64,000 nt of DNA from an uncultured Selenomonadaceae bacterium (lineage in GTDB: Bacteria > Bacillota > Negativicutes > Selenomonadales > Selenomonadaceae), in contig CAJTSO010000002.1 of NCBI GenBank assembly GCA_910579115.1, forward strand, positions 7,040-71,039. Direction: 5' to 3'. Both the position numbers and the translations under genes were made by a program. The notes beneath the pieces are model-generated. The model had not been told where the DNA came from, made no database searches, and saw only the letters and a list, made by a program, of their open reading frames with translations. Every line of letters starts with the position of its first letter. Position 1 is the first letter of the stretch. Shown here piece by piece: positions 1 to 9,320 of this stretch.

Positions 1-1038
1 ACGAGAGGACTTATCGGAAGCATCGCAGTCAAGGCAACCAGCCATTACCTTCGGCTGGTTAGCGATGATACCTACAGTGCGGCCATCAAAACGAGCGAAG
101 CAGGTAATGATATTGGTTGCAAAGTACTGATGAACTTCATAGAACTCACCGTTATCAGCGATCATGCGGATGACTTCCTTCATATCATAAGGAGCATTCG
201 GATTATCTGGAATGATAGTATTGAGTCCTTCATCCATACGAAGCGGATCATCGGCGCAATCTACAATCGGAGTTTCCTCCATGTTGTTGCTGGGCAGGAA
301 GCTGAGGAGGTAACGGATCTGCTTAATGCAGTCTTCATCATTCTCAGCGACGAAATGAGCGCAACCCGACTTGGTGTTATGGGTCATAGCACCACCGAGT
401 GCCTCAGCAGTAATCTTCTCACCAGTTACAGACTCAACAACAGCCGGGCCAGTGATGAACATCTGAGAAGTATTCTTCACCATGTAGATGAAGTCGGTGA
501 TAGCCGGGGAATAAACCGCTCCACCAGCGGAAGGCCCCATGATTGCAGAAATCTGGGGAACAACACCGGAAGCAGCAGTGTTACGGAAGAAGATCCCACC
601 ATAGCCACAAAGAGCATCGCAAGCTTCCTGAATACGAGCGCCGCCGGAATCGTTGAGACCAATACAGGGCGCACCCATCTTCATGGAAAGATCCTGGACT
701 TTCCAGATCTTCTTTGCATGCATCTCACCCAAGGAACCACCCTCAACGGTGAAGTCCTGAGCAAAAGCGTAAACAAGACGTCCATCCACAGTGCCGTAAC
801 CGACAGTTACGCCCTCGCCCGGGTTCTCTTTTTTATCCTGACCGAAGTTTACGCAACGATGCTTAACGAGGAGATCGAGTTCGACAAAGGTACCCTCATC
901 AAAGAGGAGATCCAAGCGCTCACGCGAGGTGAGCTTGCCCTTCTGATGCTGCTTGTCGATCTGCTTCTGACCGCCACCCTGCATGAAGTGCTCTTTCTTG
1001 GCCTTCATCAATTTGATTTTTTCCTGAACAGTAGCCAT
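1..1038 (-). CDS. mmdA: methylmalonyl-CoA carboxyltransferase / decarboxylase alpha subunit (carboxyl-transferase family); 3' part runs off the left edge
   Basis: My own minus-strand translation from the ATG at 1036-1038 (AGGAGG 6 nt upstream) gives MATVQEKIKLMKAKKEHFMQGGGQKQIDKQHQKGKLTSRERLDLLFDEGTFVELD...EGGSLGEMHAKKI...AIMGPSAGGAVYSPAITDF. This is the acyl-CoA carboxylase beta / transcarboxylase 12S signature. The gene is absent from the ORF track because the window edge truncates it. Confidence 0.85.
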   Translation of the reverse strand, partial: MATVQEKIKLMKAKKEHFMQGGGQKQIDKQHQKGKLTSRERLDLLFDEGTFVELDLLVKHRCVNFGQDKKENPGEGVTVGYGTVDGRLVYAFAQDFTVEGGSLGEMHAKKIWKVQDLSMKMGAPCIGLNDSGGARIQEACDALCGYGGIFFRNTAASGVVPQISAIMGPSAGGAVYSPAITDFIYMVKNTSQMFITGPAVVESVTGEKITAEALGGAMTHNTKSGCAHFVAENDEDCIKQIRYLLSFLPSNNMEETPIVDCADDPLRMDEGLNTIIPDNPNAPYDMKEVIRMIADNGEFYEVHQYFATNIITCFARFDGRTVGIIANQPKVMAGCLDCDASDKSSR

Positions 1039-1128
1039 TTTATGCCTCCTAATAGGATTAATTTATTTAATTATCTCCGGTACTATTTTGCATTAAAACT
1101 CACAAAATTGCAAGTACTTTTGAAAAAA

Positions 1129-1566
1129 TTATTCCTCATCCCGGAGCTGGCACAGTTCGAGGAGAATTCCGCCAGTGGCTTTCGGGTGAATGAAAGCAAT
1201 ATCGGCACCACCAGCACCACGACGCGGAGCCTTATCAATCATTGCTACGCCCTTAGCCATGAGTTCTTCAATAGCAGCTGCGAGGTTATCAACGCGGAGA
1301 GCGACATGCTGAATACCGCCTTTACCGCCGTTGGAAGCCATCCACTTAGCAATCGGGCTCTCAGGATCGCCATTCAGGGGAACGAGGAGCTCAGCCTGGG
1401 AACCATTCCACATAGGATGGAATACAGTGGTAACCTTCTGAGAAGCAACGGACTCCTCGCCGGTCTTAGCAACGCCGAGGATTTCTCCCCAGAATTTGCT
1501 GCCGGTTTCGAGATCGCCGCAAGCAATACCAAGATGATCTACACCGAGTACTTTGAATTTGGACAT
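1129..1566 (-). CDS. mce: methylmalonyl-CoA epimerase (glyoxalase/VOC fold)
   Basis: ORF 1129..1581. The internal ATG at 1566 (MSKFKVLGVDHLGIA) is preceded by GGAGG. It has a VOC-family sequence and sits between meaB and the carboxyltransferase. Confidence 0.85.
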   Translation of the reverse strand: MSKFKVLGVDHLGIACGDLETGSKFWGEILGVAKTGEESVASQKVTTVFHPMWNGSQAELLVPLNGDPESPIAKWMASNGGKGGIQHVALRVDNLAAAIEELMAKGVAMIDKAPRRGAGGADIAFIHPKATGGILLELCQLRDEE

Positions 1567-1595
1567 GATAAAACCTCCCATATCAAACTAGAGTT

Positions 1596-2561
1596 CTACT
1601 TAAGCATGTTTTGCATAATGTCTGCTGCAACAGAATACGGATCAGTTGTGCGTGATTTGATACTCTCAACCATGGTCTCAATTTTACCATTGTCTACGAT
1701 TTTACCACGGATATAGGACTCAATTCTGCTGCTAAGAAGATCAAGCAATTCATTCTTGACACGTTCAGTACGCCGTTTAGCCAATTCACCATTTACTTCA
1801 ATATGATTGCGATGCTCTTCGAACTTTGCAACAAGCTCTTTGACACCGATGTTTTGATTGCCAACGCATTTCATGATAGGCGGACGCCAGTCCTTCATTA
1901 CGCCGTCAAGGTCAAGCATCATATTAAGCTCTGTGGCTAATTTATCAGCACCATCATGGTCAGCCTTGTTAATGACAAAGATATCACCAATTTCAAGAAT
2001 ACCAGCCTTAATAGCCTGAATATCGTCACCCATGCCAGGGATCAGCACGACTGCTGTCGTGTCCGCAGCCTTTACAATATCGACCTCGGACTGACCGACG
2101 CCGACAGTTTCAACTATGATGACATCTATCCCGAATGCATCGATGGCTTTAACAGCGTCAGCTGTTTTATGAGACAAGCCGCCAAGACTTCCACGAGTAC
2201 CCATGCTACGGATGAAAACACCCTCGTCAAGTGTAAGGCTGTTCATCCTAATGCGGTCACCCAAAATAGCACCACCAGTAAAAGGACTGCTTGGATCAAT
2301 AGCGACAATACCGACAGTCTTTCCCTGGCTACGGAATGTTTTAGCAATCTTGTCTGTCAACGTACTTTTGCCGGCGCCCGGAGGGCCGGTAATACCGAGC
2401 ACATATGCATGGCCAGTATGCGGGTAGAGCTTTTTCATAATCTCAGTGGCATTTTCGTACTCGTTCTCAATAGCTGTAATGGTACGAGAAAGAGCCAAAC
2501 GATTGCCATTAAGGAGCTCCTGCGCAATGTCCTCCATATATTGCACCACCTTTGACACCAT
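1596..2561 (-). CDS. meaB: methylmalonyl-CoA mutase-associated G-protein chaperone MeaB/ArgK
   Basis: 321 aa with P-loop GITGPPGAGKST and the NKAD GTPase motif. It is directly downstream of the mutase subunits. Confidence 0.9.
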   Translation of the reverse strand: MVSKVVQYMEDIAQELLNGNRLALSRTITAIENEYENATEIMKKLYPHTGHAYVLGITGPPGAGKSTLTDKIAKTFRSQGKTVGIVAIDPSSPFTGGAILGDRIRMNSLTLDEGVFIRSMGTRGSLGGLSHKTADAVKAIDAFGIDVIIVETVGVGQSEVDIVKAADTTAVVLIPGMGDDIQAIKAGILEIGDIFVINKADHDGADKLATELNMMLDLDGVMKDWRPPIMKCVGNQNIGVKELVAKFEEHRNHIEVNGELAKRRTERVKNELLDLLSSRIESYIRGKIVDNGKIETMVESIKSRTTDPYSVAADIMQNMLK

Positions 2562-2632
2562 AAAACCTTGCCCTCTCTGAATATGAAATTCAAAGAGGGC
2601 AAAGTCATTAATAAATATACCTTAAGAGTAAA

Positions 2633-3022
2633 TTATTTTTTTACGTTCTCATTGATGAACTTGATGATATCGCCAGTCGGGGTACCCGGAGTGAACACCT
2701 CAGCGATACCAGCCTCCTTGAGAGCCGGAATATCGCCATCCGGAATAACTCCGCCGCCGATGATCAGAGCATCCTTAAGGCCCTTCTCACGAACAAGCTC
2801 AACAACCTTCGGGAAGAGATGCGGATGAGCACCGGACAGGATGCTCATTGCAACAACCTGAACATCTTCCTGCAGAGCAGCCTCAGCAATCTGCTCCGGA
2901 GTCTGACGAAGACCAGTGTATACCACTTCAAAGCCAGCATCGCGAAGTGCACGGGCAACAACCTTCGCACCACGATCATGACCATCCAAACCCGGCTTTG
3001 CAACCAATACTCTTACTGCCAT
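2633..3022 (-). CDS. methylmalonyl-CoA mutase, small B12-binding subunit
   Basis: 129 aa. It has the [10 protein letters not shown] cobalamin-binding DxHxxG motif and GGGVIP. A GGAGGG RBS precedes it. Confidence 0.9.
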   Translation of the reverse strand: MAVRVLVAKPGLDGHDRGAKVVARALRDAGFEVVYTGLRQTPEQIAEAALQEDVQVVAMSILSGAHPHLFPKVVELVREKGLKDALIIGGGVIPDGDIPALKEAGIAEVFTPGTPTGDIIKFINENVKK

Positions 3023-3048
3023 TTGAATTTCCCTCCAAATCTCACAAA

Positions 3049-4692
3049 TTACAGATTAACATGAGCCTCGTACTCGCCGAAGACCTTACGCATTACGCCG
3101 CAGATTTCACCGAGAGTAGCGTAGGTCTCAACAGCAGCAAGAATAACCGGCATCAGGTTTACCGTCTCATCAGCGCAAGCCTTCTCAAGTTCAGCAAGAG
3201 CAGCCTGAACAGCAGCGTTGTCACGCTTAGCCTTCATAGCATGGAGCTTCTCGCACTGCTTAACACCAACGGAAGCATCTACCTTGAGCAGACCCTTAGG
3301 CGGCTCCTCTTCCATCTGGAACTTGTTGACACCAACGATTACGCGAGCACCGGACTCAACATCCATCTGCCACTTGTAAGCGGAATCCTGGATCTCCTTC
3401 TGGATATAACCCTTTTCAATAGCAGATACAGCACCACCGAGTTCATCAATCTTCTTGATGTAATCCCAAGCTTCCTTCTCAATGCGATCGGTCATAGCTT
3501 CTACATAATAGGAACCTGCGAGCGGATCGATGACATCAGCAAGACCGGACTCATAAGCAACAATCTGCTGAGTGCGGAGAGCGATGGTAACGGACTCAGT
3601 GGTCGGCAGAGCAAGAGCCTCATCCTTGGAATTGGTGTGGAGGGACTGAGTGCCACCCATTACAGCAGCAGCGGTCTGGAGACCAACGCGAACGATGTTG
3701 TTGTTCGGCTGCTGAGCAGTCAGCATGGAACCAGCGGTCTGAGTGTGAACGCGGAGCATCATACTCTTGTCCTTCTTAGCGCCGAAACGCTCCTTCATGA
3801 CCTTGGACCATACGCGGCGGGAGGCACGGAACTTTGCAACTTCTTCAAGAACATTGTTGTGAGCATTCCAGAAGAAGGACAGACGGCCAGCGAAAGCATC
3901 AACATCAAGACCAGCCTTGATAGCTGCATCTACATAAGCGATACCATCGGCAATGGTGAACGCGATTTCCTGGGAAGCTGTGGAACCAGCCTCACGGATA
4001 TGGTAACCGGAAATAGAGATAGTATTCCATTTCGGAACATTCTGAGAGCAATACTCAAAAATGTTGGTGATGAGACGCATGGACGGACGCGGCGGGAAAA
4101 TGTAGGTGCCGCGAGCAGCGTACTCCTTGAGAATATCGTTCTGAATGGTACCCATCAGAGCGGTAGAAGGAACACCCTGTTTCTTTGCAACAGCAATGTA
4201 CATGCAGAGCAGTACAGATGCCGGAGCATTGATAGTCATGGAAGTGGAAACCTTGCCAAGATCAATCTGATCAAAGAGGATTTCCATATCAGCGAGGGAA
4301 TCGATAGCAACGCCGACTTTACCAACTTCACCTTCGGAAATCGGATCATCAGAGTCATAACCAATCTGAGTCGGGAGGTCGAACGCGCAGGAAAGGCCGG
4401 TAGCACCATTCTCAATCAGCATACGATAACGCTTGTTGGACTCATCAGCAGTAGAGAAACCTGCGTACATACGCATGGTCCAGAAACGGCCACGATACAT
4501 AGTCGGCTGTACACCACGAGTGAAGGGGTAGTTTCCAGGGAAACCGCTCTTCTCACAGTAGTCACCTTCGCAATCAAGCGGGGTGTAAAGACGCTGTGCC
4601 GGAACGTTGGCACGCTCGGGGAACTTTGCGATTGCCTTCTCTACCTGTGCATTGTAGGCTTCCAAACCAGCTTTAATTTGTTCATTGCTCAT
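3049..4692 (-). CDS. methylmalonyl-CoA mutase, large catalytic subunit (TIM-barrel domain, no fused B12 domain)
   Basis: 547 aa with the motifs [23 protein letters not shown] and [17 protein letters not shown], typical of MCM alpha. An AGGAGGG RBS precedes it. Confidence 0.92.
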   Translation of the reverse strand: MSNEQIKAGLEAYNAQVEKAIAKFPERANVPAQRLYTPLDCEGDYCEKSGFPGNYPFTRGVQPTMYRGRFWTMRMYAGFSTADESNKRYRMLIENGATGLSCAFDLPTQIGYDSDDPISEGEVGKVGVAIDSLADMEILFDQIDLGKVSTSMTINAPASVLLCMYIAVAKKQGVPSTALMGTIQNDILKEYAARGTYIFPPRPSMRLITNIFEYCSQNVPKWNTISISGYHIREAGSTASQEIAFTIADGIAYVDAAIKAGLDVDAFAGRLSFFWNAHNNVLEEVAKFRASRRVWSKVMKERFGAKKDKSMMLRVHTQTAGSMLTAQQPNNNIVRVGLQTAAAVMGGTQSLHTNSKDEALALPTTESVTIALRTQQIVAYESGLADVIDPLAGSYYVEAMTDRIEKEAWDYIKKIDELGGAVSAIEKGYIQKEIQDSAYKWQMDVESGARVIVGVNKFQMEEEPPKGLLKVDASVGVKQCEKLHAMKAKRDNAAVQAALAELEKACADETVNLMPVILAAVETYATLGEICGVMRKVFGEYEAHVNL

Positions 4693-4711
4693 AATTTTTT
4701 GTACCCTCCTA

Positions 4712-6217
4712 TTATTTTTTCATGGTACCTTTTTCTAGGGCATTAACATGCCAGCTAAGCGCCTCATTGAGGAGATGCGGCTTATCGGCATTCTTGGTAG
4801 CTACGCAAGCGCGATCAAAGTAATCCTGCAGCTGATCCCTGTATTCTGGGCTGGAAACTGCAATGATTTCCTTTGCACGCTGTTTTGATGACTTGCCACG
4901 GAGATCTGCGACGCCCCGCTCCGTAACGATGAGGTCTACATCCTGAGCGCCATGATCCTGATGGGAAACCATTGGAACTATGGAGGAAACCGCACCCTTC
5001 TTCGCGCTGGAAACGGTAAAGAATACAGAAAGGTAACCATTACGGGCAAAGTCGCCGGAACCGCCAATACCATTCATCAGACGGGAACCATTGATACGGG
5101 TGGAGTTAACATTACCATAGATATCGCACTCAATTGCCGTGTTCATAGCGATAACGCCAATACGACGAACGATTTCCGGGCTGTTGGAAATTTCCTGCGG
5201 ACGGAGCAAAAGCTTCGGAGCGTAGAAATCGAAGTTGCCATAGAGTTTCTTTTGTCCATCTGGGGACGGACTAAGAGCAGTACCAGAAGCGAAGTCGAGC
5301 TTACCAGCATCAATAAGATCGAACATACCGTCCTGAATAACCTCAGTATAAACTGTAAGGTGCTCCTTGTCAGAATCAACAAAGCCGCCGATAACAGCAT
5401 TTGCTACGCTGCCAACGCCGGACTGGAGCGGAAGGAGATTCTTCGGCATACGGCCAGCAGCGATTTCCGCATCAAGGAAGTCGAGCAGGTTCTTGGACAT
5501 AGCCCTGGAATCATCATCAATTGCACCAAGAGGACGCGTGTTATCCGGAACATCACACGGAACAACAGCTACGATCTTGTCTAGCGGGCATTCAACATAA
5601 GGCTTACCGATGCGGGTATCGGAAGCAACAACATTGAGGGGCATACGATACGGAGGATCCTCTGGTACATAAACATCATGCATACCGAAGAACTCTACCG
5701 GCTGAGTAGTATTGACTTCAACAATAACTTTCTTAGCCTGCTTTACATAACTTGCAGTATTGCCAAGAGAAGTAGTCGGAACGATATAACCTTCCTTGGT
5801 GATCATACAAGCTTCGACGATTGCAACATCAAGAGTGCCGCCGCCGATGTAGCCGTAACGGGTCAGCTGAGCAGCTTCGCTAAGATGGAGATCCTGATAC
5901 TGAACTTTGTTAGCGTTAATGGCGTTACGCATTTCGCTATTGGTCTGATAGGGCATACGGAAGTTTACACCATCAACTGAGGCCAGAACTGCATCAAGCT
6001 CAGGGCCTACGGACGCACCAGTCCAAAGGTTGATCTTGAACGGCTCCTTTTTCATGCGCTCGGCAAGAGCAACAGGAACCGCTTTAGGATAACCGGACGG
6101 AGTGAATCCAGATGTACCAACGTTCATGTTCGGCTCGATGTGCAGAGCTGCTTCTTCAGCAGTGGTAATCTTGCCGCGCAGTTCAGCGTTTAGTACGCGA
6201 TCAGTGATATCAATCAT
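4712..6217 (-). CDS. scpC: acetyl-CoA hydrolase/transferase-family CoA-transferase, likely succinyl-CoA:propionate (propionyl-CoA:succinate) CoA-transferase
   Basis: ORF 4712..6235. The ATG at 6217 (MIDITDRV) follows GGGAGG. It has family motifs ([23 protein letters not shown]) and is the first gene of the mutase operon. Confidence 0.85.
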   Translation of the reverse strand: MIDITDRVLNAELRGKITTAEEAALHIEPNMNVGTSGFTPSGYPKAVPVALAERMKKEPFKINLWTGASVGPELDAVLASVDGVNFRMPYQTNSEMRNAINANKVQYQDLHLSEAAQLTRYGYIGGGTLDVAIVEACMITKEGYIVPTTSLGNTASYVKQAKKVIVEVNTTQPVEFFGMHDVYVPEDPPYRMPLNVVASDTRIGKPYVECPLDKIVAVVPCDVPDNTRPLGAIDDDSRAMSKNLLDFLDAEIAAGRMPKNLLPLQSGVGSVANAVIGGFVDSDKEHLTVYTEVIQDGMFDLIDAGKLDFASGTALSPSPDGQKKLYGNFDFYAPKLLLRPQEISNSPEIVRRIGVIAMNTAIECDIYGNVNSTRINGSRLMNGIGGSGDFARNGYLSVFFTVSSAKKGAVSSIVPMVSHQDHGAQDVDLIVTERGVADLRGKSSKQRAKEIIAVSSPEYRDQLQDYFDRACVATKNADKPHLLNEALSWHVNALEKGTMKK

Positions 6218-6375
6218 TAAGAAATCCTCCCTCATTTCGGGTCAACTAAAACCCTATATTTGCCAGTCTCACATCTGTATCAATGTATAACGAAATCCAT
6301 TTGGAAACCCCGCAGTAACAAATGAAATATATATATACATTTACCTTTGATGCTTGACAGACCTTACCTGCAAAT

Positions 6376-6404
6376 AATATACCACGAGCCAGAGACACAG
6401 TCAA
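6376..6404 (-). promoter_or_regulatory. sigma-70-type promoter for the propionate operon
   Basis: Minus strand reads TTGACT, 17 nt, TATATT. It lies about 150 nt upstream of the scpC start inside a 420-bp AT-rich gap. Confidence 0.45.
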
Positions 6405-6656
6405 GGACAAACGCAGTGTTTTTACGGCAAAAAATACAAATTTTTCAATAAATCAGAAATGGGTCATCTGTTAGTTACCGCATATATCTTTATACATTAA
6501 TTTTAGAAGATGACACTATATATTGTGGTTAATGAACAGTAAATACCCCATATTATGTGGGGATGTTAAATTCCCAAAAAAATCCGATTGTTTTTGTACT
6601 TTTGTATACATATAAACATTTGTCTACTATAAATAGACAACATGCACATTGTTATT

Positions 6657-7892
6657 CTAATTTTGTAAAGTACAAAGGGATTCTCTTTTCATAATCAAAG
6701 CCATCGTAAACCATAGGAGTATCGATGTGGGGACATTAAACACGACATTATCCGTCAATCCCCCTAACGCAACAGAGATAAGCGCCAGAGCCAGTCCATT
6801 TGAAAACAGCTCTGCGTCGTCTGCATCCTTATCTTTCCCCTTATTAAATCCAGTCCTGATTGCAGCAAAAAAAACATAAAAGAAAGAAAGGGCGCCAGCA
6901 ATACCTATCTCAGCGAAAAAATTAAGGTACATATTATGAGCATGGTATATTATTATGTTTGGATCATTTATGTAGAAGTCATAATAACGATACACCAGCC
7001 AATACATACCCCAGCCTATACCAAAAAATGGCTGCTCAATTATCATCCATATTGTTGCCTCCCAAATTGCCAACCTCATTTCTGAAGAAGTATCCATTCT
7101 AGTGAAAATCGTTGTAAGCCTGTCCAAAAGCGCTGGACTAAGCGCCAAGGCAATTATACCAATAGTAAGGGAGGCGTATAAAATTCTCCGGTCTTTTACA
7201 ATACCATATACAGCCAGTATTATTCCAAGTGAAAAAATTGCCCCTCTGGCATATGTCATCGCCAAACATATACCTGCTGCTATGGCAAATACACCCAAGA
7301 GTATTTTGTTTCTGTTGTCCTTTGCTCTGGATAATAGAACGACTGTGACACAAATGACCTCATTCAGATAACCTGCAAGAATATTGGGATTCACCCAGGT
7401 TGAAAATACCCTCTTCCTTAATTCCGGATATATATTAGCGTCTACCCAGGCAACATCAGAGATATCTATACCAAATACGTATTGATAATAACCATACAAT
7501 ATCACCAGGATAGCGCTACTCCCTAATATGTACGCAAGTTTTATCACTTCTTCCCTGTTTTTTAAGTTTTGAACAACCAACTCATAGGTTAAGACATACG
7601 CCCCTGCCAAATTATACCAATTGTAAAAGCTAAAGTATTGATCCATTGCCCCGAAAACTGAAAGTCCACTAAAGAAAAAAAAAACTAAGATAAATTTGTC
7701 CACTTTCGTTCTTTCAAATTTTCTTTCAGGATCTTTAACGAATCTGTATAACCACAGGAGCACACCTAAAACAAGCGCTAAGGTAGCCGCCCAGGGTGAT
7801 AAAGCTACAAAGAAGGCTTCGGCATAAACTGCCATCATACAAAGCCTTCGCCTTTTTTCATCAGCAATAAGAACTTCGCCTGATAATTCCAT
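6657..7892 (-). CDS. O-antigen ligase / O-antigen polymerase family (Wzy_C) polytopic membrane protein
   Basis: 411 aa with many hydrophobic helices. A central loop with an arginine (YARGAIFSLG) and a later H (IIIYHAHNMYLNFFAEIG) is typical of the RfaL/Wzy_C family. It starts 3 nt after the folC stop. By eye it is more AT-rich than its neighbours. Confidence 0.7.
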   Translation of the reverse strand: MELSGEVLIADEKRRRLCMMAVYAEAFFVALSPWAATLALVLGVLLWLYRFVKDPERKFERTKVDKFILVFFFFSGLSVFGAMDQYFSFYNWYNLAGAYVLTYELVVQNLKNREEVIKLAYILGSSAILVILYGYYQYVFGIDISDVAWVDANIYPELRKRVFSTWVNPNILAGYLNEVICVTVVLLSRAKDNRNKILLGVFAIAAGICLAMTYARGAIFSLGIILAVYGIVKDRRILYASLTIGIIALALSPALLDRLTTIFTRMDTSSEMRLAIWEATIWMIIEQPFFGIGWGMYWLVYRYYDFYINDPNIIIYHAHNMYLNFFAEIGIAGALSFFYVFFAAIRTGFNKGKDKDADDAELFSNGLALALISVALGGLTDNVVFNVPTSILLWFTMALIMKRESLCTLQN

Positions 7893-7895
7893 AAG

Positions 7896-9200
7896 CTACC
7901 TGTTCCCTCCCAGCTTTTTTGTCAGAATTTTTCGTATATATCCAATGAGATACAGTGAGCCAGTTACAACAAGAAGCTCATCATGGTTTTGCTGCTCAAT
8001 TGCTATATCCAAGGCGCGCGCTCTCTCTCCTGATACAGCGATTACCTCGGCATCGTGAATTCTCACGGCAATTTCCTCCGGTGTTGCTGCTCTGTCAGAA
8101 TCGGGTGATGTCACTACCACCCTGTCACCAGGCCTTAGTAATAGACCTATCATGGATGCAACAGCTTTATCCCTTAATATGCCCAAGAGGTACAATCTTT
8201 TTTCATTCGGGAACCTTAAATCAAGACTACGGCGAAGTGCTTCCACGCCAGCAGGATTGTGAGCACCGTCAATTACGATCTTATGTCCTTTAAGTGAAAG
8301 CACTTCAAACCGACCTGGCCAAAAAGCACTTGCCATTCCCTTAATTATTGCGTCCGTTGTGATCCTATCGTCTTTTTGTGAGATAAGCCGAGCTGACTTC
8401 ACAGCAATCGCACTATTGCCGACTTGATAATCAGCCAGCATTTTCAAGCCGTAAGATAATTCCATATTGCCGCTTTCCTTATAAACAAGCCCCATCCCAT
8501 CACGATCATCACTAATTTTTTTTACGCTGAAATCTCTCCCGTTCAAATATAATGGAGACTTCAGCTCATTAGCTCTTTTTGCAATAATATTTACGGCTAT
8601 CCCCTCTGCCCCGCTGACAACCGGAATACCATTCTTAATTATTCCGGCTTTATGATAAGCCACTCCTTCTAATGTGCCCCCGCATTTGTCTGCGTGTTCC
8701 AGCGTAACATTGGTTATGACTGCTATTTCAGGTTGAACAACATTCGTTGAATCCAGAAGTCCGCCAAGGCCTACTTCGATAACAGCATAATCCACGCCCT
8801 TCCGGGCAAAATAAAAAAAGGCCATCGCAGTCAGAAATTCAAACTGCGTGGGACACTCTTCATTATCATCAAGCATTGCTTCAACGTATCCCCGGACGAT
8901 GGTTGCAATCGCTGCAAAATCTTCATCGCTGATTTCTCCACTGTCTATTGTCATCCGCTCGTTGTAACGAAAAAGATGCGGAGAAGTAAACGCTCCAGTA
9001 GAACAACCGGATACGGAAAGAATTGAGGCCAGCATATTCGTCACGGAACCTTTTCCGTTGGTGCCGGTAACATGTATAGTCTTATATTTATTCTGCGGGT
9101 TACCCAATCTATTCAACAGACTGATGATTCTGTCCAGTCCAGGCTTAATGCCAAATTTTGCCAGGTCATTCAAGTATTCAAGGGACTCTGTATAAGTCAA
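7896..9200 (-). CDS. folC: folylpolyglutamate synthase / dihydrofolate synthase
   Basis: Mur-ligase P-loop VTGTNGKGS and DGAHNP. The ORF runs to 9230, but the TTG at 9200 (LTYTESLEYL) has an AGGAAGG RBS at good spacing. Confidence 0.88.
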   Translation of the reverse strand: MTYTESLEYLNDLAKFGIKPGLDRIISLLNRLGNPQNKYKTIHVTGTNGKGSVTNMLASILSVSGCSTGAFTSPHLFRYNERMTIDSGEISDEDFAAIATIVRGYVEAMLDDNEECPTQFEFLTAMAFFYFARKGVDYAVIEVGLGGLLDSTNVVQPEIAVITNVTLEHADKCGGTLEGVAYHKAGIIKNGIPVVSGAEGIAVNIIAKRANELKSPLYLNGRDFSVKKISDDRDGMGLVYKESGNMELSYGLKMLADYQVGNSAIAVKSARLISQKDDRITTDAIIKGMASAFWPGRFEVLSLKGHKIVIDGAHNPAGVEALRRSLDLRFPNEKRLYLLGILRDKAVASMIGLLLRPGDRVVVTSPDSDRAATPEEIAVRIHDAEVIAVSGERARALDIAIEQQNHDELLVVTGSLYLIGYIRKILTKKLGGNR

Positions 9201-9238
9201 TTCTATCCTTCCTCTCAACACATTGTGCAAGCATTTTC

Positions 9239-9266
9239 ATCATACAACAAAATATGCCCTTGTCAA
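9239..9266 (-). promoter_or_regulatory. sigma-70-type promoter for folC
   Basis: Minus strand reads TTGACA, 16 nt, TATGAT. It lies immediately after the leuS terminator. Confidence 0.45.
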
Positions 9267-9271
9267 TTACT

Positions 9272-9309
9272 GCAAAAGAAAATACGCCGGGAAACCTCGG
9301 CGTATTTTC
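9272..9309 (-). terminator. intrinsic terminator after leuS
   Basis: Perfect 12-bp stem GAAAATACGCCG / CGGCGTATTTTC with an 8-nt loop, followed by TTTTGC on the minus strand. Confidence 0.75.
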
Positions 9310-9320
9310 AGTATGGCTTA

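Noticed and set aside
130-1716. 528-aa plus-strand ORF spanning the carboxyltransferase and epimerase region.
   Set aside because: It is antisense to two minus-strand genes with clear family motifs and good RBSs. Its translation is low-complexity with no recognisable domain, so it is a shadow ORF.
2848-4746. 632-aa plus-strand ORF.
   Set aside because: It is antisense to both methylmalonyl-CoA mutase subunits, which are unambiguous. It has no RBS or family signature, so it is a shadow ORF. The same reasoning applies to the other long plus-strand ORFs opposite minus-strand genes: 33467..34336 opposite der, 36345..37061 opposite S1 and 48946..49794 opposite asd. It also applies to the minus-strand ORF 44377..44778 opposite ybaB.
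6620-6640. Inverted repeat TTGTCTA-N7-TAGACAA just after the O-antigen-ligase-like gene, plus a CCCCA...TGGGG hairpin at 6547-6563.
   Set aside because: They are probably weak terminators. The stems are short and AT-rich, or only 5 bp long, without a clear U-tract, so I did not list them as features.
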